IMG/VR virus record: IMGVR_UViG_3300031227_000032
Coordinates: 1 to 64,000 of that record
Strand: one strand, 5' to 3'
Source of the DNA: a virus
Length of the DNA: 64,000 nt
Shown: in pieces, positions 18,902 to 28,358 of the stretch
Position numbering within the stretch: the first letter of the stretch is position 1
How the letters are laid out: each line of letters starts with the position of its first letter
The notes under the pieces: generated by a model
The model's input: the letters and a program-made list of their open reading frames with translations, nothing else
Databases searched by the model: none
What the model was told of the DNA's origin: nothing
Made by a program: the position numbers and the translations under genes

Positions 18902-19163
18902 ACCACCGAGCTATCGGATTATCAGGCGTGCTTATGCGGATGGGCGTGAAGAGTTCAGGGTGAGGCTGGGCGGCATCATGGCATGGTGGCTGGCCGTTGA
19001 TACGTCATGGGGGCAATTGGACAAGGTATGGAGTTCAGGCAAGCCGCACGTGTTCCGCAACAGAGATGACGCAGAAGAGGCATGCCACAAGCACTGGAAT
19101 AAGTGGGTATCGAAACAGCAGATCATCACAGACGAAACGCACTTTGATCCGGAGTCACCATGA
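18894..19163 (+). CDS. Hypothetical protein
   Basis: ORF with GGAGG RBS. Confidence 0.5.
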   Translation: MSRPPSYRIIRRAYADGREEFRVRLGGIMAWWLAVDTSWGQLDKVWSSGKPHVFRNRDDAEEACHKHWNKWVSKQQIITDETHFDPESP

Positions 19164-19288
19164 CGTTCTGTGACCACTGCAGCGCGGCGATCCTACCAGG
19201 GTGGGGGCATGTATGCGACGGCGCGGCGCTGTGTGATGCGTGCTGGGCGTGGTTGGGGTATAAGGTGGAGGATGATTATGTGCCGTAA
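19160..19288 (+). CDS. Small zinc-finger protein (42 aa)
   Basis: MTFCDHC...LCDACW; ATGA overlap. Confidence 0.5.
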   Translation: MTFCDHCSAAILPGWGHVCDGAALCDACWAWLGYKVEDDYVP

Positions 19289-19655
19289 CCTGCACCGCCG
19301 TAAGCGATACTTAAACGCTGTGCTGAGTTGCTGCAAGATTGAAATGCACGTGCATTCTGGATATGGTGCGATGGCCAACCTTAACGAGCGCTCTATTTGC
19401 ATACCGGCGATATTCAACAAGCAAACATTCACGGTGGCAATGCATGAGATCGGGCATATCATGTGCGGAGATGATCAGGACATTATGCGCTGTGAGCTAA
19501 GAGCGTGGGACTGGGCACACAAGAAGATGAAACGGCGCGGATGGTGGGACGCTGAAGCGGAAACGCGGGCATTGCAGAGCTTGGAAACGTATCGCGATGG
19601 TCTAGCATCTACTGACTGGAGGCCGGCGACGGCTAGAGTTACCCCGCGAGTGTAG
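19272..19655 (+). CDS. HExxH metallopeptidase-like protein
   Basis: AMHEIGH...ELRAWDWA motif; GGAGG RBS. Confidence 0.6.
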   Translation: MIMCRNLHRRKRYLNAVLSCCKIEMHVHSGYGAMANLNERSICIPAIFNKQTFTVAMHEIGHIMCGDDQDIMRCELRAWDWAHKKMKRRGWWDAEAETRALQSLETYRDGLASTDWRPATARVTPRV

Positions 19656-19722
19656 GCAGGGCTACAGCGTGACGCGATCCGCGCGCTACTAGAATTTACC
19701 ACTGCTATTTTCTGCTAACTGC

Positions 19723-19784
19723 TTGACATATCCAAAATACTGCGTTATACTTAGATCAGTTGACAACGGAGGTACATAGAAATG
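19723..19784 (+). promoter_or_regulatory. Promoter plus variant conserved leader (copy 3)
   Basis: TTGACA-17-TATACT-TAGAT-CAGTTGACAAC-GGAGG...GAAATG. Confidence 0.75.
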
Positions 19785-19922
19785 GAGATTGAAGCAGTGC
19801 TGATGAAATACGAAAATCATGTGTATGCCGTGGTATCACGCGATGGCAGGCGTCAATATTTCAGGGCAGCAAATGATCGTGATGCGGCAAAGTACACTGA
19901 ACGTTTATGGAGCGCACACTAG
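19782..19922 (+). CDS. Small hypothetical protein (46 aa)
   Basis: MEIEAVLMKYENHVY...; follows leader and RBS. Confidence 0.55.
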   Translation: MEIEAVLMKYENHVYAVVSRDGRRQYFRAANDRDAAKYTERLWSAH

Positions 19923-19956
19923 CTAGTCTAGTGCATATATTTCAGGAGGTTATGAC

Positions 19957-21394
19957 GTGAGTGGATTATTGAAGTGGATCGGCGTTGGACGTGAACCAAC
20001 AATACCGGGCGACAACGCGGCAACAGACATATACGAGGCAACCGCTGAGATTATCGTCAGTTATGACACCGGACGATCTGATGTTATGCAGCCAGGTGAG
20101 CGACTGGAATGCGCAGCCCATGATTATCCGATCAGCGTGCAGGCACACAGTAGCTAGACTGCTGACAATAGTAATGGAGGTGTGGATATGACATGTGACA
20201 AATGTAGCGGTGCGGGACAATATAGTGTGCGAGGAGAATATCAGCAATGCGATAAGTGCAAAGGGCGGGGCGTCATCCTGTCCAGCGCAGACAAGATTGC
20301 GGAATCCCTGGAGGGCATCAACGTATCCTTTGCGTCTATTGCACAATCGCTGCGCATCCTGACAGATACACACTAGGCGGCAAGTAGACTACAGTACATA
20401 CACTGAGGAGGTGTGATGATGAAAGTACCAGACAGATTCGAAATATTCAAGATCGCCCGAAAATGGTGGATGTTATTTCGATGCCGCGCGGCAGTACTAC
20501 GCATACTGGGCATGAGTGATCTATTCCCGATGCATGATGATGATGACTGCCTGGATCACTGTGCAGCATACAACGCGGCGATGTTTAACATCAGAAGCGC
20601 GATTGCCGAGGAGTTACATATTCGTCAGGAATGGCTTGAAGCATACAACGCTATGGAAGCTGCATTAGACGCTGAGGAGGTGTGAAGTGAATATGGAACG
20701 TGAGAAAATCTCTGAGTTTGACGTATGCTTGGCGTTCACTCCAATGACAACGCAAGGGCCGCTGGATTTCCAGTACATTGATTACAACGGTATGATACTG
20801 CGGCTACAGCATGACGCGGACGGATGGTATGTGAATCTGCCAGTACAAGAGGCGCATATCACATACGGCGACAGGAACATTTAGTACACACGAGGAGGTG
20901 TAACATGAGCAATATAGCTGACAAGATCAGAGACGGCCTGGAACGCATGATCAATACTGATTTGAACATTGACGACATGGCAAGGGCGCACGCAACGCTG
21001 GTAGCCATCGCAGAATGGTGTGAAACCACAGATGATGCACGCGGGGCATATATGGTAAAGCACATTATCGCAGAGCGCTTGGAGGTGTGATATGAAACGC
21101 TGGATAATCCGCCACGCTGTAAACTTGCTAGACAGGCAAGACGCGGCAAAGCTGAAAGTAAATGATCTAGTGATTGGCTGGCATAATGCAGGTATACGCA
21201 TCGGATTGCTGGATGATATCAGTGCCAACAAGCAAGGCGCATACTGTGTATACATGGGCAGCAATCGTTGTAGCAGATTTCATTACGTGGCAAGGGTCAC
21301 AACGTGGGCGGCGTTTGTGTTTGTGCTATTCAGCCAGCCGCGCAACCTCGGCAAGCTGTTTGAAGTGCTCGCCGATCAACGGGAGGATGTATGA
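19957..21394 (+). other. Run of six small hypothetical genes (19957, 20188, 20413, 20687, 20905, 21092)
   Basis: Most preceded by GGAGG(TG); one (20182..20376) has DnaJ-like CxxCxGxG repeats. Confidence 0.55.
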
Positions 21395-21576
21395 TCGAAT
21401 ACATCACAATGAAGCAAGTTAGCGTAACCTTGCCGCTATCACGTGAGCGTATCGGACAGCTAGTACGTGCTGGCACAATCGCGCGTGACGGACGTAATCG
21501 CTACAGCAAGGCAGACGTTGAGGCGTATCGTGACGCGCCGCGCAGCAAGGGCGGCAGGCCGAAAGTACAGCGGTGA
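21391..21576 (+). CDS. HTH / excisionase-like small DNA-binding protein
   Basis: YITMKQV...LSRERIGQLVRAG...DVEAY...GGRP. Confidence 0.6.
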   Translation: MIEYITMKQVSVTLPLSRERIGQLVRAGTIARDGRNRYSKADVEAYRDAPRSKGGRPKVQR

Positions 21577-21605
21577 AATTACGCTGGCTATTTTTCGTAA
21601 ACCCC

Positions 21606-21634
21606 TTGACAAACTAAAATTACCATGTTATCAT
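21606..21634 (+). promoter_or_regulatory. Sigma70-type promoter with long structured leader
   Basis: TTGACA-17-TATCAT with TG; about 155 nt to the next ATG. Confidence 0.7.
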
Positions 21635-21795
21635 ATTACTAGATCGCAAGATCGAACCTTGAAAAAGGGGCGGGGAACTGGGGAGACAAACCCAACTCCG
21701 AATAAAAAAGCACCCGATGAACCTGGTGAACAGACCAAGAGAATCGGGGAATCTGGTAGAGGGATATACCCTCAAATCTTTCCAAGGGGTCAGCA

Positions 21796-22017
21796 ATGAC
21801 TACCACAACCTTCACCATCCTCCGCATCGCCATCCTCGATGGCTTCATCGTTCCCGCCACCTGGGAGAACGTCGCCCGGATCGAAGGCGCGCAGAACACC
21901 CGCGAGTTTCGCACTCGCCTGTACACTGAAGTGGAGAACGATCTCCGCTCCACCGCCATCGCCACCAGCGCACTCTATAGCGCTGGTCATTCCACAGGGC
22001 TGGTTGGCTTAAGCTAA
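21796..22017 (+). CDS. Hypothetical protein (73 aa) with strongly C-ending codons
   Basis: AAGGGG RBS; codon usage differs from neighbours. Confidence 0.55.
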   Translation: MTTTTFTILRIAILDGFIVPATWENVARIEGAQNTREFRTRLYTEVENDLRSTAIATSALYSAGHSTGLVGLS

Positions 22018-22076
22018 CCGACCCTTCGGGGCATGAGTGAAGATATACCAGATTCTCAGTATTATCGGAGGCAACC

Positions 22077-22235
22077 ATGACCAAATCACAAGAGGCAGAC
22101 AAGATCAACAAGCGTATCATCGCTGATGCGTTGCAGGGTATCGACACATCCAGCGAGGCGTGTCTGCCGGGTATGTCGGCATCCCAAATCTATTGGGATC
22201 ATTATATTGTGGCTAAGGAGGTGACGCATGGATAA
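22077..22235 (+). CDS. Small hypothetical protein (52 aa)
   Basis: MTKSQEADKINKR...; GGAGG RBS. Confidence 0.5.
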   Translation: MTKSQEADKINKRIIADALQGIDTSSEACLPGMSASQIYWDHYIVAKEVTHG

Positions 22236-22416
22236 GCTATACAAGATCATCGAGACGCCGATCAGCAACAGCGTATCGAGTTATGACGTGTATGTGTATG
22301 TGCCGGGGCTACGCAGCCTTGAGTACCTAGACTCACATGATAGCCTGGATGATGCGCGGCTGTACTGTGAGGCGCGCGGCGTGGTAGTGAAGGAATCGTT
22401 AGTAAATGGAGGATGA
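22228..22416 (+). CDS. Small hypothetical protein
   Basis: AAGGAGGTG RBS. Confidence 0.55.
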   Translation: MDKLYKIIETPISNSVSSYDVYVYVPGLRSLEYLDSHDSLDDARLYCEARGVVVKESLVNGG

Positions 22417-22464
22417 TTTGGGATAACCCCTTGACATTTACAGAATAACGGTTATAATAGAACC

Positions 22465-22806
22465 ATGACAAGTGAAACACAGACGGATAGCAAAACGAAA
22501 CAGCAGCACCTAATCGGGCTGGCTGAGTCAGTACGCGGACTGGCTGAGGGATGCGCAATCGACATGCTACTCGCCGCCGCCGAAGCTGGCGAAACTGAGT
22601 ATACGCTGAATCATAAAGAACTGATCGCCGCTGGCGCAAATCGCATTCACGAGACGCTCGGATGTGACGTACCGGAGCAGGTCAAAGCTGAGATTATCAA
22701 GCTGACCACCGCGCTGATTGCAAACGAAAGCGGACTGAACGAATGGACAGCGGGCCTCATCAGCACCAACCTTGACGACCTGCACATTATCGCTAGGGGC
22801 AAGTAA
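22465..22806 (+). CDS. Hypothetical protein, predicted leaderless
   Basis: TTGACA(22431)-16-TATAAT-6nt-ATG, no SD. Confidence 0.6.
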   Translation: MTSETQTDSKTKQQHLIGLAESVRGLAEGCAIDMLLAAAEAGETEYTLNHKELIAAGANRIHETLGCDVPEQVKAEIIKLTTALIANESGLNEWTAGLISTNLDDLHIIARGK

Positions 22807-22807
22807 G

Positions 22808-23059
22808 ATGTACCCAGGCCAGAGTGACAAGATCATACATGCAAGCAAACATCCGGCGGTGGGGGATAATGTCAGGCGCACAAATCGAGACATTGCTATC
22901 ATCGCAGAATATCTGCCAGATCAACGCCCAGCGGAGCTTGTCAACGGACAGTGGCGCGTTATCTACAGAGTGCGGGTGCCGTTTCATCGTGACGGACTGA
23001 TGGAAGCTGTCAAGGTGATAGAGTCGCCGCGCGGTAAGTGCCAGTGGAAAGAAGTCTAG
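22808..23059 (+). CDS. Hypothetical protein
   Basis: Likely start MYPGQ. Confidence 0.5.
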   Translation: MYPGQSDKIIHASKHPAVGDNVRRTNRDIAIIAEYLPDQRPAELVNGQWRVIYRVRVPFHRDGLMEAVKVIESPRGKCQWKEV

Positions 23060-23111
23060 CTATTTCAGATAACCCCTTGACATTATCACAGGTACATGTT
23101 ATAGTTTCACC

Positions 23112-23282
23112 ATGACAGCAACACAGACAGCCGAGATTCACGAAGCAGAGGACAGGCTCCACGAGGCTAGAAAGATTATCAGGGCCATCGAGTATGCGGG
23201 AGTCAAGGCACTGGATACGATCCAGGCGCTGATCGTGGACATGGCGGAGACTCAGACGAAACTATACAAGCTGTCGAATTAA
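23112..23282 (+). CDS. Small hypothetical protein (56 aa), predicted leaderless
   Basis: TTGACA(23077)-17-TATAGT-6nt-ATG. Confidence 0.55.
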   Translation: MTATQTAEIHEAEDRLHEARKIIRAIEYAGVKALDTIQALIVDMAETQTKLYKLSN

Positions 23283-23297
23283 GTATTGGAGGATGAT

Positions 23298-23483
23298 ATG
23301 CACGTTGTACAGATGCAATTGGCAATGAATGCAATGCGTGGGCTAAGAGACCACTTACTGGAACAAGCGCATGAGGCAACTGAGCAAAGAGATATTGACT
23401 ATTTCAGCGGACGCGCGGACGGACTAGATCAGGCAATGAATATCTTGCATGACAAGACCGGCGGCGCGATCAGCGCAGAGTAA
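23298..23483 (+). CDS. Small hypothetical protein
   Basis: GGAGGATGATATG start. Confidence 0.55.
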   Translation: MHVVQMQLAMNAMRGLRDHLLEQAHEATEQRDIDYFSGRADGLDQAMNILHDKTGGAISAE

Positions 23484-23497
23484 CATTGGAGGATGAT

Positions 23498-23725
23498 ATG
23501 AGCAACTGGACAATCAGCGGCGATGATACGTTCTGGGTAGTCGAAGACCCCACGGAGCTATCCGAGCTTGGCGACATTTGCTATGAGGTGAATCTGGAGA
23601 GACTGCAGTACATCATTCACGGAACGCTACTCACTCAGCAAATGCTCCGCAACCCAACGCTACACGCAACCGAACGCGCAGCAACGGCAGACGCGCAAAG
23701 CCGACTGGCGGCACGCGATGACTGA
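23498..23725 (+). CDS. Small hypothetical protein
   Basis: Identical GGAGGATGATATG start. Confidence 0.55.
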   Translation: MSNWTISGDDTFWVVEDPTELSELGDICYEVNLERLQYIIHGTLLTQQMLRNPTLHATERAATADAQSRLAARDD

Positions 23726-23820
23726 GCTACTACAGTTTGTGGTATTATGTGGATGTTTGCTGGCAGTGGAGAGATGGTGGCCAGCGTTTCAGCGATGGTT
23801 AATGCAGCTAGGAGCGTGAG

Positions 23821-24000
23821 ATGAAGCGATCAGAAGTGACAATCGGCGACGTGTATTTAGCAAAGGTCAGCGGCGTTATTTGCCGCGTGAAGATCGAAGC
23901 GGAGTCGCGTTACGGTGGATGGGATGCGCGCAATCTGGATACTGACAAGCGCGTGCGTATCAAAACTGCGCAGCGGTTGCGGGGTAAATGTCGTGAGTAA
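23821..24000 (+). CDS. Small beta-rich hypothetical protein (59 aa)
   Basis: [18 protein letters not shown]...[23 protein letters not shown]; GGAG RBS. Confidence 0.6.
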   Translation: MKRSEVTIGDVYLAKVSGVICRVKIEAESRYGGWDARNLDTDKRVRIKTAQRLRGKCRE

Positions 24001-24001
24001 T

Positions 24002-24712
24002 ATGAAACAAGCTATCGTTTACATACGAGTGTCAACTAAGCGTCAATCAATCGAGGGTATGGGGCTAGCCGCACAGTGTACACGTGCGCAGGCATGGTGT
24101 GAGTATTCAGGCTATACTATGACCGCCGTTTACATTGAACGCGGAACGTCCGGTAGGCGGGCTGATAATCGGCCAGCATTGCGCGAAGCTATAGCTGCGT
24201 TAGGTAGTGGTAACGCTTTGGTAGTTTACTCGCTGTCAAGGCTTGCAAGGTCGTTAATGGATGCGTGCCATGTGCTCATAGAACTAGAAGCTATTGGTGC
24301 TGACTTTGTTTCGGCAACGGAAAATCTTGATACAACATCTAGTGCGGGTAAATTATTGTTTCACATTCTGTCGGCATTTGCAGAGTTTGAATCAGATCAG
24401 ATCAGCGACAGGGTATTAGCTGCATTTGAGCAATGCCGCGCAACGGGCCGTGCGCACTGTGCGCAACCTGTTTATGGTTTCGATCATGTGCCGGTACAGA
24501 TTGGCGATAAGGTCAAATATAATTTAGAGCCGAATGCAACCGAGCTAGCGGTGATTCAGGATATGCGGGATATGCGGGCCGCTGGTATCAGCTATGGCCG
24601 GATCGCGGATAAGCTGAATAATGACCACGTGCCGACGAAACGCGGCGGGGTGGCTTGGTATGCTTGCGGAGTGCGGAGTATCCTGCAGAACAAGTTGCAC
24701 GATAAGGACTAG
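24002..24712 (+). CDS. Serine recombinase (resolvase/invertase family) with partial recombinase domain
   Basis: YIRVST catalytic Ser, LSRLARS, DTTSSAGKL..ILSAFAEFE, PVYGF. Confidence 0.9.
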   Translation: MKQAIVYIRVSTKRQSIEGMGLAAQCTRAQAWCEYSGYTMTAVYIERGTSGRRADNRPALREAIAALGSGNALVVYSLSRLARSLMDACHVLIELEAIGADFVSATENLDTTSSAGKLLFHILSAFAEFESDQISDRVLAAFEQCRATGRAHCAQPVYGFDHVPVQIGDKVKYNLEPNATELAVIQDMRDMRAAGISYGRIADKLNNDHVPTKRGGVAWYACGVRSILQNKLHDKD

Positions 24713-24740
24713 CCAGTAATCAACTCGGCAGTCTCAGCTA

Positions 24741-25100
24741 TCACGGCAGATCATCCAGCACGGCGTCTAGTGTACCCTCTGCTATGCGCTCCTGTTGATC
24801 CATGATCGCGTATGCGTTGAATACCACGGCAGCTAAATGATCTTCGTCTACCATGCCCTGCGCGGCTTCGTCAGCATGGCGTAACAGTGAGTCCATAAAC
24901 CTGCTATTCGGCTGGCCTAGTCTCCAGTTGTTATCACCATACTTTTTTGCGCCCCTCTCATACAGCAACGCAAGCCGCCTACGCGCGCGCTGTGGTATCA
25001 GGTCATATCTACCCTTGCCATCGCGGGTATCACGCTGCGAGCCTGTATCGAATTGCTCACGCTTGCCGCTGTCCTTTGTTTCGTAATCACCCTTTGCCAT
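24741..25100 (-). CDS. dATP/dGTP diphosphohydrolase-like (DUF5664-type) protein
   Basis: GK.RYDLIP...GAKKYG..NW..G...SL.RH...EDHLAA..FN. Confidence 0.8.
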   Translation of the reverse strand: MAKGDYETKDSGKREQFDTGSQRDTRDGKGRYDLIPQRARRRLALLYERGAKKYGDNNWRLGQPNSRFMDSLLRHADEAAQGMVDEDHLAAVVFNAYAIMDQQERIAEGTLDAVLDDLP

Positions 25101-25284
25101 TATTGCCTCCGTCGTTTACATAGAATCCGGGGCCGTTAAACTTGATACTCGGGGCATCATATATACGCTCGATATTGCGTGACTTGCAGCGCGGACACCT
25201 CGGGGCTTTGGCTTCCATCATAGTCTTATACTGCTTATCGAACTTGCAATCACAGGCATTGCAGTAGTAAGTATACGTCACCAT
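25087..25284 (-). CDS. FmdB-like zinc-ribbon protein
   Basis: Y.Y.CNAC...CPRC...FNGPGFYVND. Confidence 0.75.
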   Translation of the reverse strand: MVTYTYYCNACDCKFDKQYKTMMEAKAPRCPRCKSRNIERIYDAPSIKFNGPGFYVNDGGNNGKG

Positions 25285-26522
25285 TACCGCGTCTCCCACG
25301 ATTCATCATCTTCGCCTGTGAACTTCGCATCATATCCGCCATTGGGGTATATGTGGATGCCTACCCCGCCCATTCCAGGCGGCTCCCACCCTGCTTTGTG
25401 CGCATACGTTCCGAAATACCCAAGGTATGACTGCCCGATAAGCACGTACTGTTTCCGCATGTACAGCCGCTTATTCGCCTTATCCTCGCATAAGCAAGTG
25501 ACGATATTCTCTATCGCATCATGTACATGGAAGCTGACAATGTACTCTACAAAGTCGTTGAAGTTGCGGGGCTTGGTAGCGGCGTTCATCTTGCCGCCTT
25601 TCGTCTGACTAGCAGACCGCCCGTGCTGTACATTGAATCCCCAATCGTAATCACCCCATTGTACACGCATTCGCATAGGGTAGTGGTAGTAAGGGATGTT
25701 GAGTTTATCAGCGATAATATCCAGCGGACATTGATCAGTCTTTTTGCTAGTGCGATCCTCGTGGTTTCCCGCGTGCAGGAATAAGCACTTATGCGCAATC
25801 GGTGCGATCAGGTGCGTTATCTGCTGGAGTTGCGTGCGTGGTCTAACGTCTGAGTCATACGTCATGCCGCGCCCATCGTCAAGCGCGTTTTCCATAAAGT
25901 CGCCGCCGCCAAACCAGTACACACCCTCATGCTCCTGGATGTAACGGATAGTCGCCTGGAATTTTTCGGCAAGGTGCGCACGGTGTCCAAGATGCACGTC
26001 GCCTATCGGGATGATCTTGATACGCTCCGTTGTATCTTTCAACGTAACCGCTTGGTAAATCGGAGTATCGGTCAGCTCATCACGCTGGATGTAACATGAC
26101 CACTCACGCGGCAATACTTTGATTTCATCGCGCCATTCGGGTAGCAGGATGTATGTCTGGTCATTCCAGTCATTACGGCCTAGATGTATTTCAAGCTCGC
26201 CGTAGTCGTCGTCTAACGCAATCCCTACCTCATGCTCCGTAAGCTCGAACTTGCGTCCAATGTCGGCAACTGTGCGCGCTTTAGCTAGATACCTGGACAG
26301 CTTATAGCGCAGCCCTGTATTATCCTCTGGCACGTCAGACATTCCGCGTAGTCGATCAGCACACGCGCCCGTCAGTGACTTGCGGACATCGTTAGAGTTG
26401 TAGACCGTATCGGGCGAACCGAACTTATCGTTCAGCGCATCAGCTCTATCCGCCCACGTCATATCATCATCGAACGTCAAGCAGAATTTCAGTACATCGT
26501 CACGCCACTTTACGCTATTCAC
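25284..26522 (-). CDS. Calcineurin-like metallophosphoesterase with N-terminal helical domains
   Basis: GDVHLG, GGD, GNHE, HG, HVH motifs. Confidence 0.85.
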   Translation of the reverse strand: MNSVKWRDDVLKFCLTFDDDMTWADRADALNDKFGSPDTVYNSNDVRKSLTGACADRLRGMSDVPEDNTGLRYKLSRYLAKARTVADIGRKFELTEHEVGIALDDDYGELEIHLGRNDWNDQTYILLPEWRDEIKVLPREWSCYIQRDELTDTPIYQAVTLKDTTERIKIIPIGDVHLGHRAHLAEKFQATIRYIQEHEGVYWFGGGDFMENALDDGRGMTYDSDVRPRTQLQQITHLIAPIAHKCLFLHAGNHEDRTSKKTDQCPLDIIADKLNIPYYHYPMRMRVQWGDYDWGFNVQHGRSASQTKGGKMNAATKPRNFNDFVEYIVSFHVHDAIENIVTCLCEDKANKRLYMRKQYVLIGQSYLGYFGTYAHKAGWEPPGMGGVGIHIYPNGGYDAKFTGEDDESWETR

Positions 26523-27001
26523 GCGTCACCTCCATTCATTTCCAGCAGTCCATCTTCAGCCCACTCGTATAAATCGAAGTTACGATTTGCAGCATACTCG
26601 TATTCAGTACGCGCACCTTTGGAATCCTGCCACGGATACATGCAATGATAATCTATCTTGCCATCGCTATCAAAGGACAGCATCAGGATAGACGCACTTT
26701 CAGCTAAGCCAAACTCACGCATTGCATACATAGCAAATAGCCATTCGCAATCCGCCTCTATCCAATCCGAATGATCAGCCTCGCAAGTGCCATCCCAGTT
26801 TTCAATGTGGTTCACCGACCCCCACGGGCTAAATACAGCAAATCCGGCGGCAACTAATTTGCCCTCTATTCTGGCAACCTCTTTACTGATCTTTTGGGAT
26901 AGCTCGAATCCAGGCTTAGTCATGGGGCCGGATATGTAGATGTAAGCGGGGCGCTCATCGGGGCAGATGATATCGTCAATAGGTTCCGTAGTAATCTCCA
27001 T
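26519..27001 (-). CDS. DUF4406 / nucleoside 2-deoxyribosyltransferase-like protein
   Basis: IYISGPMT...VFSP...W..SKGA..E. Confidence 0.7.
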   Translation of the reverse strand: MEITTEPIDDIICPDERPAYIYISGPMTKPGFELSQKISKEVARIEGKLVAAGFAVFSPWGSVNHIENWDGTCEADHSDWIEADCEWLFAMYAMREFGLAESASILMLSFDSDGKIDYHCMYPWQDSKGARTEYEYAANRNFDLYEWAEDGLLEMNGGDA

Positions 27002-27004
27002 AGG

Positions 27005-27646
27005 CTACTCCTTTGGTTTCAGGTTACGCAACTCCGGTGAGAATCTAAACCTATTCAGTAAACCTCGCGTCTCTTCGCTCAGCACATCAGGGGCATCGGC
27101 AATCTCGTATATCGCTGGCAGCATGTTTACCAACGCTTGCCGTTGCGCGGTAAGTGCCTCATCAGTAAACGGCGCAGCGTCAATCCGCAGCGCGTAAGCC
27201 ATCGGTGTTTTTGCGACGTACTTACCTTTATACCAACCTGACTTACCAAGGTTGCGCCAGTACAAACCCTGGTTATCACAGAACTTCACAAACGGATTGC
27301 CAAGGTCTTTACCCTGCGCGGCAGTCAGTGCAAAGCCGACGTGATCCGGCGCTTTGTTATTGTTCAAGTCCATCGTCACGATAATATCCAGCGCCCTAAC
27401 GTCGCGCGGCCTCATCACACGTGTAATGTTCTGCTCGCGTTCTATCCTGCCAGGGCCATCGACATTGCCTACAATATCAGAAGTCCATGTTCGCACCTCA
27501 TCTATCATTCCAATGTCCAGTAACACAAGCGATAGGAATGTTGCGCAGCTTGGCGCTCCGTTAGTGACCTTGCGCGCGCGCTTGCGTAAGGTGTTGCAAT
27601 ATCCAGCATCGTGAATGTTGCCAGATAGCTCAGCGATTTTATTCAT
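27005..27646 (-). CDS. Putative cell-wall amidase (NlpC/P60/CHAP-like), endolysin candidate
   Basis: SCATFLS Cys and DHVG His; lies in the lysis region. Confidence 0.55.
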   Translation of the reverse strand: MNKIAELSGNIHDAGYCNTLRKRARKVTNGAPSCATFLSLVLLDIGMIDEVRTWTSDIVGNVDGPGRIEREQNITRVMRPRDVRALDIIVTMDLNNNKAPDHVGFALTAAQGKDLGNPFVKFCDNQGLYWRNLGKSGWYKGKYVAKTPMAYALRIDAAPFTDEALTAQRQALVNMLPAIYEIADAPDVLSEETRGLLNRFRFSPELRNLKPKE

Positions 27647-28241
27647 CGAGCACCTCCCAGTATTCAAATACTCCAGCTTCCGCAATATCACGCGGACTCC
27701 AGCGTTGCGGCTCAATGCGTGCGTTGACCTTGCGCGGGCCTCCCAGTGCTAGTGCGTGCCGCTGCCCATTCCATGCGTTGCTGTAGCTTAATGCGTCTCT
27801 CACGGCCTCTGAGCAGAATAGCTTACCCGCCCAGCGCCAGCCGACAAACCATCGCATGATCGCAAAGACCAGCCCCCATACGTTGTATGTATCGTGACGG
27901 TGATCTTTAATCCACTGCCGCAATCCGTGAGTACTGAGTTTCGCGCTAGCTGTTTTGCTCAGGAAAAAGCCGACCGCTCCGAAAGGATACGCGGCCAGCC
28001 TGTCAGCAAGCGGAGTAATCACCATCCCGCCTTTCGGCCACGGGAATAATTTAGTGACTGTAAACTCTACGAGTGACAGCACGCCGTCAACCTGCACAAC
28101 GATCCCCATATGCACGATGTTGTGAAATCCATTGTTATCCCCGCCGTTGTAGAGTTGACCAGCGCGAATGAAGTTGTGTCCGACATTCCAGCGGTTAGCG
28201 ACAAATCCTACAACGTCGCCTTCCCTTAGATGATTTAGCAT
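27639..28241 (-). CDS. Permuted papain-like (YiiX/YebB-type) amidase
   Basis: GD.V, HMGIV His before FCSE Cys. Confidence 0.7.
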   Translation of the reverse strand: MLNHLREGDVVGFVANRWNVGHNFIRAGQLYNGGDNNGFHNIVHMGIVVQVDGVLSLVEFTVTKLFPWPKGGMVITPLADRLAAYPFGAVGFFLSKTASAKLSTHGLRQWIKDHRHDTYNVWGLVFAIMRWFVGWRWAGKLFCSEAVRDALSYSNAWNGQRHALALGGPRKVNARIEPQRWSPRDIAEAGVFEYWEVLDE

Positions 28242-28358
28242 TCGCCCTCCTGACGTACCGTCGCCGTATCCACCGCTTTGATTTTAGCGGCAGATCGTCA
28301 AATTCCCCTGACGTAATCGGCATAGCCATGATGATCCTCCAGACCATTAACAGTCCGA

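Noticed and set aside
21640-21795. tRNA-Sec or hammerhead ribozyme in the long leader
   Set aside because: No cloverleaf or T-loop; CCGATGA...GAA does not match the CUGAUGA...GAAA core
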